A DNA stretch of 64,000 nt from Macrostomum lignano (Eukaryota), in NCBI GenBank assembly GCA_002269645.1, contig NIVC01002192.1, positions 62,001 to 126,000 of the forward strand. The letters are read 5' to 3'. Positions 37,601 through 49,600 of the stretch are shown here, piece after piece. The notes beneath the pieces were generated by a model that made no database searches, was not told the DNA's origin, and saw nothing but the letters and a program-made list of their open reading frames with translations. Positions within the stretch are counted from its first letter, which is position 1; each line of letters begins with the position of its first letter. Position numbers and translations under genes: made by a program.

Positions 37601-40600
37601 GCGGATGCTGCATGTAGGGTCAGGGCTAGATGCTGGGGCCGGATGCTAGGGGCGGATGCTAGGGGCGGATGCTAGGGGCGGATGCTAGGGGCGGATGCTA
37701 GGGGCGGATGCTAGGGGCGGATGCTAGGGGCGGATGCTAGGGGCGGATGCTAGGGGCGGATGCTAGGGGCGGATGCTAGGGGCGGATGCTAGGGGCGGAT
37801 GCTAGGGGCGGATGCTAGGGGCGGATGCTAGGGGCGGATGCTAGGGGCGGATGCTAGGGGGCGGATCTCACCATCCCGCAGCTTCATGATGACGCCCTCG
37901 AGCCGGCGCACGAGAACTCCGGCGGACACTTCAACGGCGTCGCCCGAGCTGCTCAGGCTGCCCGGCCCCAGCGGCAGCTCCAGCAGCGAGTCGCCGCCCA
38001 CCTTGACGAACCGGGATAGCTGCGGGATTGAAATGTTATTTTAGCTTTCTAAGAAACCTGATTGGGAGCAGCGGATGGGCGAGCAGAGCGTAGACCAGCG
38101 GCCTCACCAGGCTGTCCCGGCTGGAGTTGACGGCCCGGCTGGAGTTGCCGAAGAACCGGATGTCCAGCGACTCGTTGCCGTTGAAGGCCAGGCCGGCGAT
38201 GGTGCCGATGAAGCGCGGCCTGAAGCTGCTGAAATGCGGCAGATTTGTTTTGCTGCGATCCCAACTTGCCTACTGAGGTCAGTAGCGACAGGCGGCCCGC
38301 AGCCAAGCACATTCCTCTGAGCCCTGAGCAGCGGAATCGAACCCGGGGATTCCACATCCCATATCTGCGTCTCGTCCCAATATAATAGTAATAATAATGA
38401 GAATGATAATTCAAAAATTGACTGCACCTGCCCTAATAGGCAGATGTGCAGCCGACAGCTCAGCCGCAGCCATTGCGCGGTGCATCTGAAGGCTGCGTAC
38501 GGCTGTTCAGTCCAAGGACTGGGGGGTCGCCACACATACCCTCAGTTACCCCAGCTAATGCTGGCACCCATTTTACAGCTGGGTGAACTGAAGAAATGCA
38601 GAATTAAGTGTCTTGCTCAAGGATACAAATAGTTCCAGTGGGATCGGGAATCGAACCCCCGACCTTCAAATCGGGAGTCCGACGCTTTAACTACTTGGCT
38701 ACAGCCCCAATACAGAAAATCATAAATTTCCAAACCTGGCATCCTCGGGCTCCGGCGCCAGTATAAACTCGTTATAGAAGGTCGTGGGTTCGAATTCTTG
38801 CTCCTCCTGAGTCTGGCCATCGACAGACAGGCGCAGCTTCCGGTTCTTCATCTCGAGCAAGACGCTTCGCTCGCTGCCATCGTCGATTCGATCGCGAGAG
38901 CTCAGCCGGATGACGTTGCGAGTTTCGCCGGTCGAGCTCGGCGTGGTTACCATGACAACCAGTCGGCCGGACTCTGTCCGCAGCTCGATGAGGCCGTGGC
39001 TGCCGCGAGCGGAGGCGGCACCGGGGCGGAGCAGCGCCGAGTCGGATGAGTGCGTGGCCAGCGCGAGTTCGAGCCGCTCGTCGGACAGAAACTTGACGGC
39101 AGAGCTGCCGAAGGCTTCGCTGATGGTGGCCCAGGTGTCTCCGTCCAGGTAGTAGCGGGCGGCCTGGCCAGGAATCGGACTGCAAGCGGCGTGGGAGAAC
39201 TTGGGATTGGGATCTTGAGCTGGTTGGGATCTTGAGCTGGTTGGGATTTTGAGCTGTTTGGGATCTTGAGCTGGTTGGGATCTTGAGCTGGTTGGGATCT
39301 TGAGCTGGTTGGGATTTTGAGCTGTTTGGGATCTTGAGCTGGTTGGTATCTTGAGCTGGTTGGTATCTTGAGCTGGTTGGGATTTTGAGCTGGTTGGGAT
39401 CTTGAGCTGGTTGGGATCTTGAGCTGTTTGGGATCTTGAGCTGGTTGGGATCTTGAGCTGGTTGGGATTTTGAGCTGTTTGGGATCTTGAGCTGGTTGGT
39501 ATCTTGAGCTGGTTGGTATCTTGAGCTGGTTGGGATTTTGAGCTGGTTGGGATCTTGAGCTGGTTGGGATCTTGAGCTGGTTGGGATCTTGAGCTAGTTG
39601 AATTTGCGAAAATACGAAAATATGAAAGCAAAATATGGCAGCAACTTGAAGCAACTCACCCTGAAACCTGATGCAGCTTCACCCCAGTCCTGGCGGTGAA
39701 CTGCCACAAGTTCAGCGGCTCGCCGTTCAGCGAAGCCTTCAAAATGATGCCGGCGAATCCACTCCACTGCTGCAGCTGCTCGGCTGGGAACTGGAAGGAG
39801 AGATGCTTGAGCTGGTTAGCTGCCAGCTGGATCAGCCCTTTGGATTTTGGGAATGGGATGTGTGCGGTGGGCGGTGGCTTCCCCACCCGTGACTGGGATG
39901 TGTGCGGTGGCTTCTCCACCCGTGACTGGGGTGTGTGCGGTGGCTTCTCCACCCGTGACTGGGGTGTGTGTGGTGACTTCCCCACCGGTGACTGGGATGT
40001 GTGCGGTGGCTTCTCCACCCGTGACTGGGGTGTGTGCGGTGGCTTCTCCACCCGTGACTGGGGTGTGTGCGGTGGCTTCTCCACCCGTGACTGGGGTGTG
40101 GGCGGTGACTTCCCCACCGGTGACTGGGGTGTGTGCGGTGACTTCCCCACCGGTGACTGGGGTGGATTCATTCCTGAAAGCCCTGGGTTCGACTCCCGGT
40201 AGGTGAAGCACTGTGAGCTGCTACATGCCTGTCCAACAATGAGATTCGAACTCGCGATGAGCCCAGGACCTCAGCTGTGGACAGACCCCGAAGTTCTATT
40301 CAACTATCAGTGCAGAAGCTTTCCCACACACTATGAGAGATTCGCCTAAATTTTTTTCCTTGCTACTCTTCAGTAGGCGGTCTCTTCTGTCCCCTCCCTG
40401 TCGCTGGCACCCCAGTGGCACCCCAGCGGCTCACCAGTGCAGCGAGGTTGGGCGGCAGGCCGCCCAGGTGCAGGCTGGTGGAGAAGGGACTCAGCTCCGG
40501 GAACTGCTCGGCGTTCGGCAGCCTGAAGCGGCCGCTGCGGTAGCGGCCGGTGGCCGAGTCCCGGACAGACACGGCCAGGGTGCGGCGGTAGCGCCGGACG

Positions 40601-43600
40601 GTGGCCGAGTAGGCGACACCCGGCCGCAGGCGGAGGCTTTGGAGCGTCTGCAGGCTGGCGTTGCTGCCGGCGAAGGCCAGGCGGCCGTCGAGCACGTGGA
40701 CGGAGCTGAAGTAGCCGACTTTGCCCTGCAGAGGTTCGCGGAGACGGACGGAGCTGGTGGACTGGTCGGTGGCGAGGTTTCGGGCTGGCCTTTGAAAGCT
40801 GGGAAGCTGGTCTAATCGGGATGATGAAGCTATGGGATGAATGCAAAAATGACAAAAAAGCGCAGGTTGAGGAAGCTAATTAAGGCGGGGAAGGTAATAA
40901 AGTGAATGAGGAAACTGAGTGAGCTGGTGCAGCTGAGAGACCTGATGAAGCTTGTAAGGCTGGTGAAGCTGAATTAGCAGAAGTGGATGAAACAAAGGAT
41001 GTTGATGAAGCTGATGAAGCTGATGAGGCTGATGAGGCTGATGAAGTTGATGAAGGCTGATGAGGCTGACGAAGCTGATGAAGCTGATGAGGCTGATGAG
41101 GCTGATGAAGCTTATGAGAAGCTTATGAGGCTGATGAAGCTGATGAGGCTGATGAAACTGGTGAAGCTGATGATGCTGATGAAGCTAAGAAAGCTGATAA
41201 CTCTAACGAAGCCAAACAAGTTACTGATGAGGAAGCTGAGGGAGGCTTGGCAGCAAGATTTCGCACCGCTCTCACGTCGGCCAGGACTGCCAGAACGCCG
41301 CTCTGCTCAGCCGGGATGAAGCTGATCTTCAGCTGGTTCAGCGTTGTCAGGTCGGCCACATCCTCAACCGGCAGCGTCAGGGAGTCGTTCCGGCCGAACT
41401 GCCTCACGTACTCGAGCTGCGGGCGGTGCGAGGGCGGATGCTGTGAGAAGACCGCGCAGATCTCTGAGTTGCTATGGGGGTGCTCAGAGGCTCAGGAGAC
41501 TCACCGAGTTGACCCGGTCGGCCAGGGACCGCAGGCTCAGCCGGGTGCTGTTGATCTGCCGGCGCAGCTCGTCAAGCCGCTGCCGCAGGCCGCGCAGCTG
41601 GTCGGTCAGGCTGGGCGGCCCGGCGCTCGAGTTGCCCGACGGCCGCAAGGCGCGCCGCATCGCCTGGAGGTTGTCGCGGAGCTCCAGCACTGCGGACAGT
41701 GTCAATGGACTGATATGGATTCATAGCATTGATGGATTCATATCATTGATGGATTGATAGCATTAATGGATTCATAGCATTGATGGATTGATAGCATTGA
41801 TGGATTGATAGCATTGATGGATTGATAGCATTGATGGATTGATAGCATTGATGGATTGATAGCATTGATGGATTGATAGCATTGATGGATTGATAGCATT
41901 GATGGATTCATAGCATTGATGTATTGATAGCATTGATGGATTGATAGCATTGATGGGTTGATAGCATTGATGGATTGATAGCATTGATGGATTGATAGCA
42001 TTGATGGATTCATAGCATTGATGGATTGATAGCATTGATGAATTGATAGCATTGATGGATTGATAGCATTGATGGATTGATAGCCTTGATGGATTGATAG
42101 CATTGATGAATTGATAGCATTGATGAATTGATAGCATTGATGGATTGGTAGCATTGATGGATTGATAGCATTGATGGATTGATAGCATTTATGAATTGAT
42201 AGCATTGATGGATTGATAGCATTGATGAATTGATAGCATTGATGGATTGATAGCATTAATGTGTTGATAGCATTAATGGATTGATAGCATTAATGGATTG
42301 ATAGCATTGATGGCATTGCCAACTCTGCTACGTTGTCGCCAGTGAGCTCAAGCAGGCGAGCCCAGCCCCAATCTGAGCACTGCTCAGGCCACTCAACCCC
42401 AACCTGAGCACTGCTCAGCCCACTCAGCCCCAACCTGAGCACTGCTCAGGCGACTCAGCCCCAACCTGAGCACTGCTCAGGCCACCCAGCCCCAACCTGA
42501 GCACTGCTCAGGCCACTCAGCCCCAACCTGAGCACTGCTCAGGCCACCCAGCCCCAACGTGAGCACTGCTCAGGCCACTTAGCCCCAACCTGAGCACTGC
42601 TCAGCCACTCAGCCCCAACCTGAGCACTGCTCAGGCCACTCAGCCCCAACCTGAGCACTGCTCAGGCCACTCAGCCCCAACCTGAGCACTGCTCAGGCCA
42701 CCCAGCCCCAACCTGAACACTGCTCAGGCCACTCAGCCCCAACCTGAGCACTGCTCAGGCCACCCAGCCTCAACCTGAGCACTGCTCAGGCCACTCACGC
42801 TTGTCATCGTTGAGCCGCAGGTCGGTGCTCGCCTTCGCCTTCCTCCTCTTGATGGCCTCGGAGTCGGCCCGGATCTCCTCCCTGCTGGCCTCCAGGCCCA
42901 CCAGCTTGGCCCGGATGTCCTCCTGCCGCGCTCGGCTGGAGTTCGCCTGCTGCAGCTCCGACAACCGGACCTGCGCTGCAGTAGGGGGGGGGGTGAGTCC
43001 GCCAGTTGCTACTTGCAGTAGAAGGCAAAATACCTTGCATTTTTCTGTGTAAGAGATGCGTCCACTACAGAAATCAGGTTCTCAGGAGTGATCTCACTCT
43101 GGTTCTCAGGAGTGATCTCACTCTGGTTCTCAGGAGTGAGTTCACTCGGGTTCTTAGGAGTGATCTCACTCTGGTTCTCAGGAGTGAGCTCACTCTGGTT
43201 CTCAGGAGTGAGTTCACTCGGGTTCTCAGGAGTGATCTCACTCAGGTTCTCAGGAGTGATATCAGTCAGGTCTCAGGAGTGATCTCACTCAGGTTCTCAG
43301 GAGTGATCTCACTCTGGTTCTCAGGAGTGATCTCACTCAGGTCTCAGGAGTGATCTCACTCAGGTTCTCAGGAGTGATCTCACTCCCAGCCGCACTCACT
43401 CACCCGAGTCCGCAGTCTCCCCGAGCTCCGTCACCACCGCGTCGGCTTCGGTAGAAAATTTCGGCTGTCGGAACTGCAGGGCCCGGGAGTTGAGCTCGTT
43501 GATCTGGAGGCTCTTCTCCCGCACCTTGTCGGCCACGGCTGCGGGGGGTCGGATGCGGGAGGGGGCGGGACTGCGTCTGCTACTGAGGCAAGTAGCGATT

Positions 43601-46600
43601 TGCGGGACACTGGGTTTGAAATTTTTTATGTCCCCCTGCACCTGCAACTCACCCTGCACCTGCAACTCACCCTGCACCTGCAACTCACCCTGCACCTGCA
43701 ACTCACCCTGCACCTGCATCTCACCCTGCACCTGCAACTCACCCTGCACCTGCAACTCACCCTGCACCTGCATCTCACCCTGCACCTGCAACTCACCCTG
43801 CACCTGCTTCTCCGCCACCCGGGCCCAGTTGGAGTTGTTGATGGCGTCCAGCCGGAGGCGGGTTGAGTTGTCGATCTCCAGCAGCGCCGCCCGGGCCATG
43901 TTCGCCAGGAAGGTCGCCCTCTCGGCGGTCTTCTTCGAGGCCACCGCCATGCTGCCGCTAGTCTGCAGCAGCGGGTAGCCGGGGGCTGACAGCAGCGGCT
44001 GGAGCACGACCTTCGCGAAGACGTGGACGTTCTGCATGTCCTGCACCTTGGCCTCCACGGCCCGCCGCGCCTCCTCCAGGTTCATCGCGGCCACCACCTC
44101 GCGCCGGGAGCGCCGGAGCGCCAGCTGGACGCCGACGATGGCGGAGCTTCTGGACAGGTCGCGGAGCTCGCCGTGCGCCTTGTACACACGGGCCCGGAGA
44201 CCGTCCAGCTCGGTGGACTCCGACAGGTTCGTCAGCCACTGTGGGGTTGGGTGAACTTCTCTGAGATCCCAGCTCAACCTCAATGAGATCCCAGCTTAAC
44301 CCCAATGAGATCCCAGCTCAACCTCAATGAGATCCCAGCTCAACCCAATGAGATCCCAGCTCAACCTCAATGAGATCCCAGCTCAACCTCTCTGAGATTC
44401 CAGCTCAACCTCATTGAGATCCCAGCTCAACCCCAATGAGATCCCACCCAGCTCTATCTCAATGAGATCCCAGCTCAATCAACCCCAATGAGATCCCAGC
44501 TCAACCTCATTGAGATCCCAGCTCAACCTCTCTGAGATCCCAGCTCAACCTCATTGAGATCCCAGCTCAACCCTAATGAGATCCCAGCTCAACCCTAATG
44601 AGATCCCAGCTCAACCTCTCTGAGATCCCAGCTCAACCCTTGTAGTGCATGCGCCCTTGTCAGTTGGCAGGGCGCGTTGCACTTTGGGGCTGGTTGGGGG
44701 AGTTGGCGGGCGTGGCAGGGTCTGGCCCCCGGCCGGGCTTTGCGCGTGCCCCTCCCCAGCCGTGCCCCTGCCCCGTGCTCAGGGCTGGTTGGCTGCGGCC
44801 GGGCCAGCTTTGGCACGGGTGCAGCCCCTCCCCCCTTAGGCGGGGTTTTGATTGGCTGGGCCGGCGTGGTTTGTTTTGGTGAGCTTAGCCGGTGGGGCCG
44901 TCTGCCCCAGGGTTTGGGTGCTATTTATGGTGCGACTCTGGCTCTTGCCCACCACCTGCGTGCTTTTTGTGTTTTGGTGTGCTCCGAGAGTGCAAGCGCG
45001 AGACCTGATAAAAGAAACAGCAACATTAGCTACTTTGATAAAAGAAACAGCAACATTAGCTACTTGGATAAAAGAAACACAATAGCCTAATTGAGAAGAG
45101 TCTTGGAGAATTAAGAAGAAGTCGGAAACTGCGCTTGAGACCTGCGAATAATAAACGGTGAACAGTCATCTGGCCACTGGTAAGCCGCCTGCTGTTTGAG
45201 TCCTTTCTTTCCGGGAAGCTTGCTAGGCCGAATTCTTGCCAGAGCGTCATAACGCCGGGAGACCATATAGCTTCTGTAGTACGGTACCGTTTATCATATA
45301 TATTGCGTACGCCCTACGGTATAGAGAATAGAAGCACTCGAGAGTGTCACCACACCTCGAGCCGCAGCGTGAACTCTGAGTGTCACAACACCAGAGGGAT
45401 CGAATTATTATCGCAGAGCGTCGCCACGCCTGCTCGTCGTATTCATAAAAGTACAGACAGAGCGTCACTACGCCTGTTATATCACATATAATATATATTG
45501 TACTCGGGACTGGGCACCCAAGCCGACCCGGGTTACAACAAATTGGCGCCCGAACAGGGACCCTGTCCCCAAAGATTGAAAGTCGGCTCAGTTGCTTTCT
45601 ATGAAAATTGCTGTCATATTGTGAGCGTTTTTTCTTATTAAAACGACTGTTGCTTATCGCTTGCGGCTATTGCCCTACCGCAAAAGACATTGATCACGGT
45701 GACAGACAACTGATTGGTTATCAGAGATCGATAGCTATCACCACCTCAGAGTAAAGAGTAGCAACGGTATTCAGTGACTTCGGCCATGGGTGATCAAGCT
45801 ATGGACCAACTGATCGATGCGCTGGCTGCGCGCCTCAGAGCCAACGCCGACCGAGCAGCGCCACGACTCTCGAAGCCGCCCAAGTACATACCAACGATGA
45901 ATTTCAGCCTATGGCTGCAGAGTTTCAACGAGTACTGCGAGGCTGTCGGTATAGAAGAAGAAGCCAGACGGCCGCACCTGATCGGCCTACTCGACCTCAC
46001 AACAGCCTACGCTGCCGTTGATAAGCTGGACTTGGCAGACGACATCGAGTACGGGGAATTCACGGATGCACTACTGGCGCGGTTCACCATGAACAGAACA
46101 GCCCAGGACTACCGTTTTGAATTATCGAATCGAGATCAGCTAGACAAGGAGTCTGTGGAGACCTACGGGGACGAGCTGCTGGAGTTGGTGCGCAATGCCT
46201 TCCCCACCGCGGATGCCGACACCAGGACAGAGCTGGCGAAAGACAGATTTCTAAAAGGCGTTCGAGTAACCGACACTGTCCGAGAAAGACTGTACCTGCA
46301 GCAGCCGGCCAACCTCACCGATGCCATTCGAACAGTAAGACAACTTGAAGCAGCCCAGAAGGCGTCTTCGACCCAGTCCAAAGCCAGACCCAGGGCTGGG
46401 CTGAATGCCTTTGCCACCGAAACGTCGACAGGTGACACCGGCAAAGACGAGGAGCTACGCCAACTGCGTCAAAAAGTAAAGGAAATGGAAGAAAAGATCC
46501 GACGGATGGAGCAGATGCAGCAGGGCCAGCAGGAGCCGCCCGAACCCGGCCTTCAAGACAAGCAACAATCCAAGCAGGCGGCTCCGTCCAGCTCGAAGCA

Positions 46601-49600
46601 GCGTAGCGGTGTCAAGTGCTACAACTGCGGGGAGATAGGCCATCTCTCATTCCAGTGCCCAAAGCCGGGAAAAGGCAAGAGGGGCCCACCAGCTGGAGGC
46701 AAGTGAGCCCCTGCAATTCGTCAGCCTCCGAACAAGCCGTCATCGCATCTCATCATCATCAAACGCCCGGTACCGCATCTCATCAGCCTCCAGTGTCCGG
46801 TACTGCGCCTCATCAGAATCCAGTGTCCGGTACTGCGCCTCATCAGCCTCCAGCGTCCGGTACTGCGCCTCATCAGCATCCAGTGTCCGGTACCGCGCTT
46901 CATCAGCCTCCAGTGTCCGGTACTGCGTCTCATCAGCCTCCAGTGTCCGGTACAGCGTCTCATCAGCCTCCAGTGTCCGGTACTGCGTCTCATCAGCATC
47001 CAGTGTCCGGTACTGCGCCTCATCAGCATCCAGTGTCCGGTACTGCGCTTCATCAGCATCCAGTGTCCGGTACTGCGCCTCATCAGCATCCAGTGTCCGG
47101 AACAGCGTCTCATCAGCCTCCAGTGTCCGGTACTGCGTCTCACCAGCATCCAGTGTTCGGTACAGTACCTCATCAGCATCCAGTGTCCGGTACTGCGTCT
47201 CATCAGCCTCCAGTGTCCGGTACAGTACCTCATCAGCATCCAGTGTCCGGTACTGCGGCTCATCAGCATCCAGTGTCCGGTACTGCGCCTCATCAGCATC
47301 CAGTGTCCGGTACAGCGTCTCATCAGCCTCCAGTGTCCGGTACTGCGTCTCATCAGCCTCCAGTGTCCGGTACAGTATCTCATCAGCATCCAGTGTCCGG
47401 TACTGCGTCTCATCAGCATCCAGTGTCCGGTACTGCGCCTCATCAGCATCCAGTGTCCGGTACTGCGTCTCATCAGCCTCCAGTGTCCGGTACTGCGTCT
47501 CATCAGCATCCAGTGTTCGGTACAGTACCTCATCAGCATCCAGTGTCCGGTACTGCGTCTCATCAGCCTCCAGTGTCCGGTACAGTACCTCATCAGCATC
47601 CAGTGTCCGGTACTGCGTCTCATCAGCATCCAGTGTCCGGTACTGCGTCTCATCAGCATCCAGTGTCCGGTACTGCGCCTCATCAGCATCCAGTGTCCGG
47701 TACTGCGTCTCATCAGCCTCTAGTGTCCGGTACTGCGTCTCATCAGCCTCCAGTGTCCGGTACTGCGTCTCATCAGCATCCAGTGTCCGGTACAGTGCCT
47801 CATCAGCCTCCAGCGTCCGGTACTGCGTCTCATCAGCATCCAGTGTTCGGTACAGTACCTCATCAGCATCCAGTGTCCGGTACTGCGTCTCATCAGCCTC
47901 CAGTGTCCGGTACAGTACCTCATCAGCATCCAGTGTCCGGTACTGCGTCTCATCAGCATCCAGTGTCCGGTACTGCGTCTCATCAGCATCCAGTGTCCGG
48001 TACTGCGCCTCATCAGCATCCAGTGTCCGGTACTGCGTCTCATCAGCCTCTAGTGTCCGGTACTGCGTCTCATCAGCCTCCAGTGTCCGGTACTGCGTCT
48101 CATCAGCATCCAGTGTCCGGTACAGTGCCTCATCAGCCCCCAGCGTCCGGTACTGCACCTCACCATCAACTAGCCGGTTTTGCACAGTCGCAGCGCCCAA
48201 TCACCGTCAACGCACCTCAGTCAATTCAAATCAATCCTGCGTCGATATATGTTACGGCCTCAATCGCAGGGCGGAAGGTGAACGCGCTAGTGGACTCGGG
48301 AGCTTCCTGCACCATTATCTCACGGGAAGCTTACCAAAGTATGCCGAAACAGAGCGTCAGAGATTTGGCCGGTGCTGAAGGCTACGTTAGCTTAGCAAAC
48401 GGCAGCCCGATCGAAATCGAGAGAACAGTCCTGTTGCGACTGTCAATCGCTGATAAAGTAATAGATACTCCAGCCTTGGTAGTCAGCGGAGTGAAGTACC
48501 AACTGGTATTGGGATCCGACTTCTGCAGGGACAACAGTTGCGTCATCGACTACAAGACAGCTGTCTTTTCAGTGCAGGACACTGCAATCCCGTTCCGATG
48601 GCAAGCTGAGCGCCCGATCGTTTGCAGAATTTTGGCGACAAGGTCCAGCACAATACCGCCAGGTCATCAAGCAGTTCTGTCAGCAAGGCTGGAGAGCAAA
48701 GGACGACGGAACAGAGGGTGTGTCGGTCTAACTGAGAATCTCGGGGCGAACGATTTGGCAGCTGGCCGCTGGCTTGCTAAGGCCTTAGTGATCCCAAATA
48801 GCGGCAGCCGTCTGCCGACTCGACTCATCAATATCACGGAGGAGCCAGTCAGAATTCGCCAAGGTTGTACGCTCGGGTGGTTCTGCCCCTAGAATCCACC
48901 GAACCGTTGAACACCATCAAGCTCTTAGCCGTAGAGTCAGGAGACGATCCACAGGAAGAGCCGAAGTTCCAAGGCAGCGACAGCCCTTCGGAAGCAGACT
49001 TGCTACCAAACTCGTACGGCGACTGTGGACTGTCGACGAAAGAAGACGAAGAATTTAGAATCCTTGTCCGGAGTTACGGCGATGTGTTCACGACCAAGCA
49101 GACTTCAAGCAAGTTAACTACCGTGGTGGAGCATGAAATTAACACCGAGAATGCGCGCCCAATCAAGATCCCACCGCGTCGTCTGCCTCCCCACTTACAG
49201 CCAGAAGTAGATCGTCAAGTCAACGAGTTGCTGGAAAAGGGGCAGATCGAAGAAGCACAGTCACCATGGTGCTTTCCTTTGGTGTGCGTAAAGAAGAAAT
49301 CAGGGGAAATGAGGATGTGCGTCGATTATCGGAAGTTGAATGAGGTCACCGTCAAGGATGCAGTGCCGATGCCGAGGGTCGATGATGCGCTGGAGGCAGT
49401 ACACGGCGCCAAGATCTTCTCGACAATGGACCTTCACAGCGGGTTTTGGCAAGTAGGGGTGAGACCTCAGGATCAGGACAAGACGGCGTTTGCAGTGCCG
49501 CATCGCGGACAATTTCGATGGAAGGTTATGCCGTTCGGCTTAGTGAACAGCCCAGCAACATTCACCAGGTTGATGGCAGCCGTTTTGGACAAGCAGATGT

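Larger units (their letters stand above)
36880..44640. repeat. Separate intronic minisatellites: 20-mer (36880-37070), 13-mer (37630-37865), 17-mer (39210-39600), ~31-mer (39880-40160), 9-mer (40900-41240), 17-mer (41720-42310), 31-mer (42360-42795), 24-mer (43075-43385), 22-mer (44250-44640, resumes 55222-55330)
   Basis: Direct periodicity; each array lies between laminin exons. Confidence 0.88.

Noticed and set aside
38635-38708. tRNA gene
   Set aside because: A/B boxes are present, but I see no convincing acceptor stem or Pol III T-run, and it continues into a SINE body and tail.
44677-45491. Small ORFs duplicated at 54242-55269
   Set aside because: They are chance ORFs within the two LTR copies.
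46740-48200. 486-aa antisense ORF (QYRTLDADET)n
   Set aside because: It starts at TTG and is simply the stop-free complement of the 30-bp repeat.
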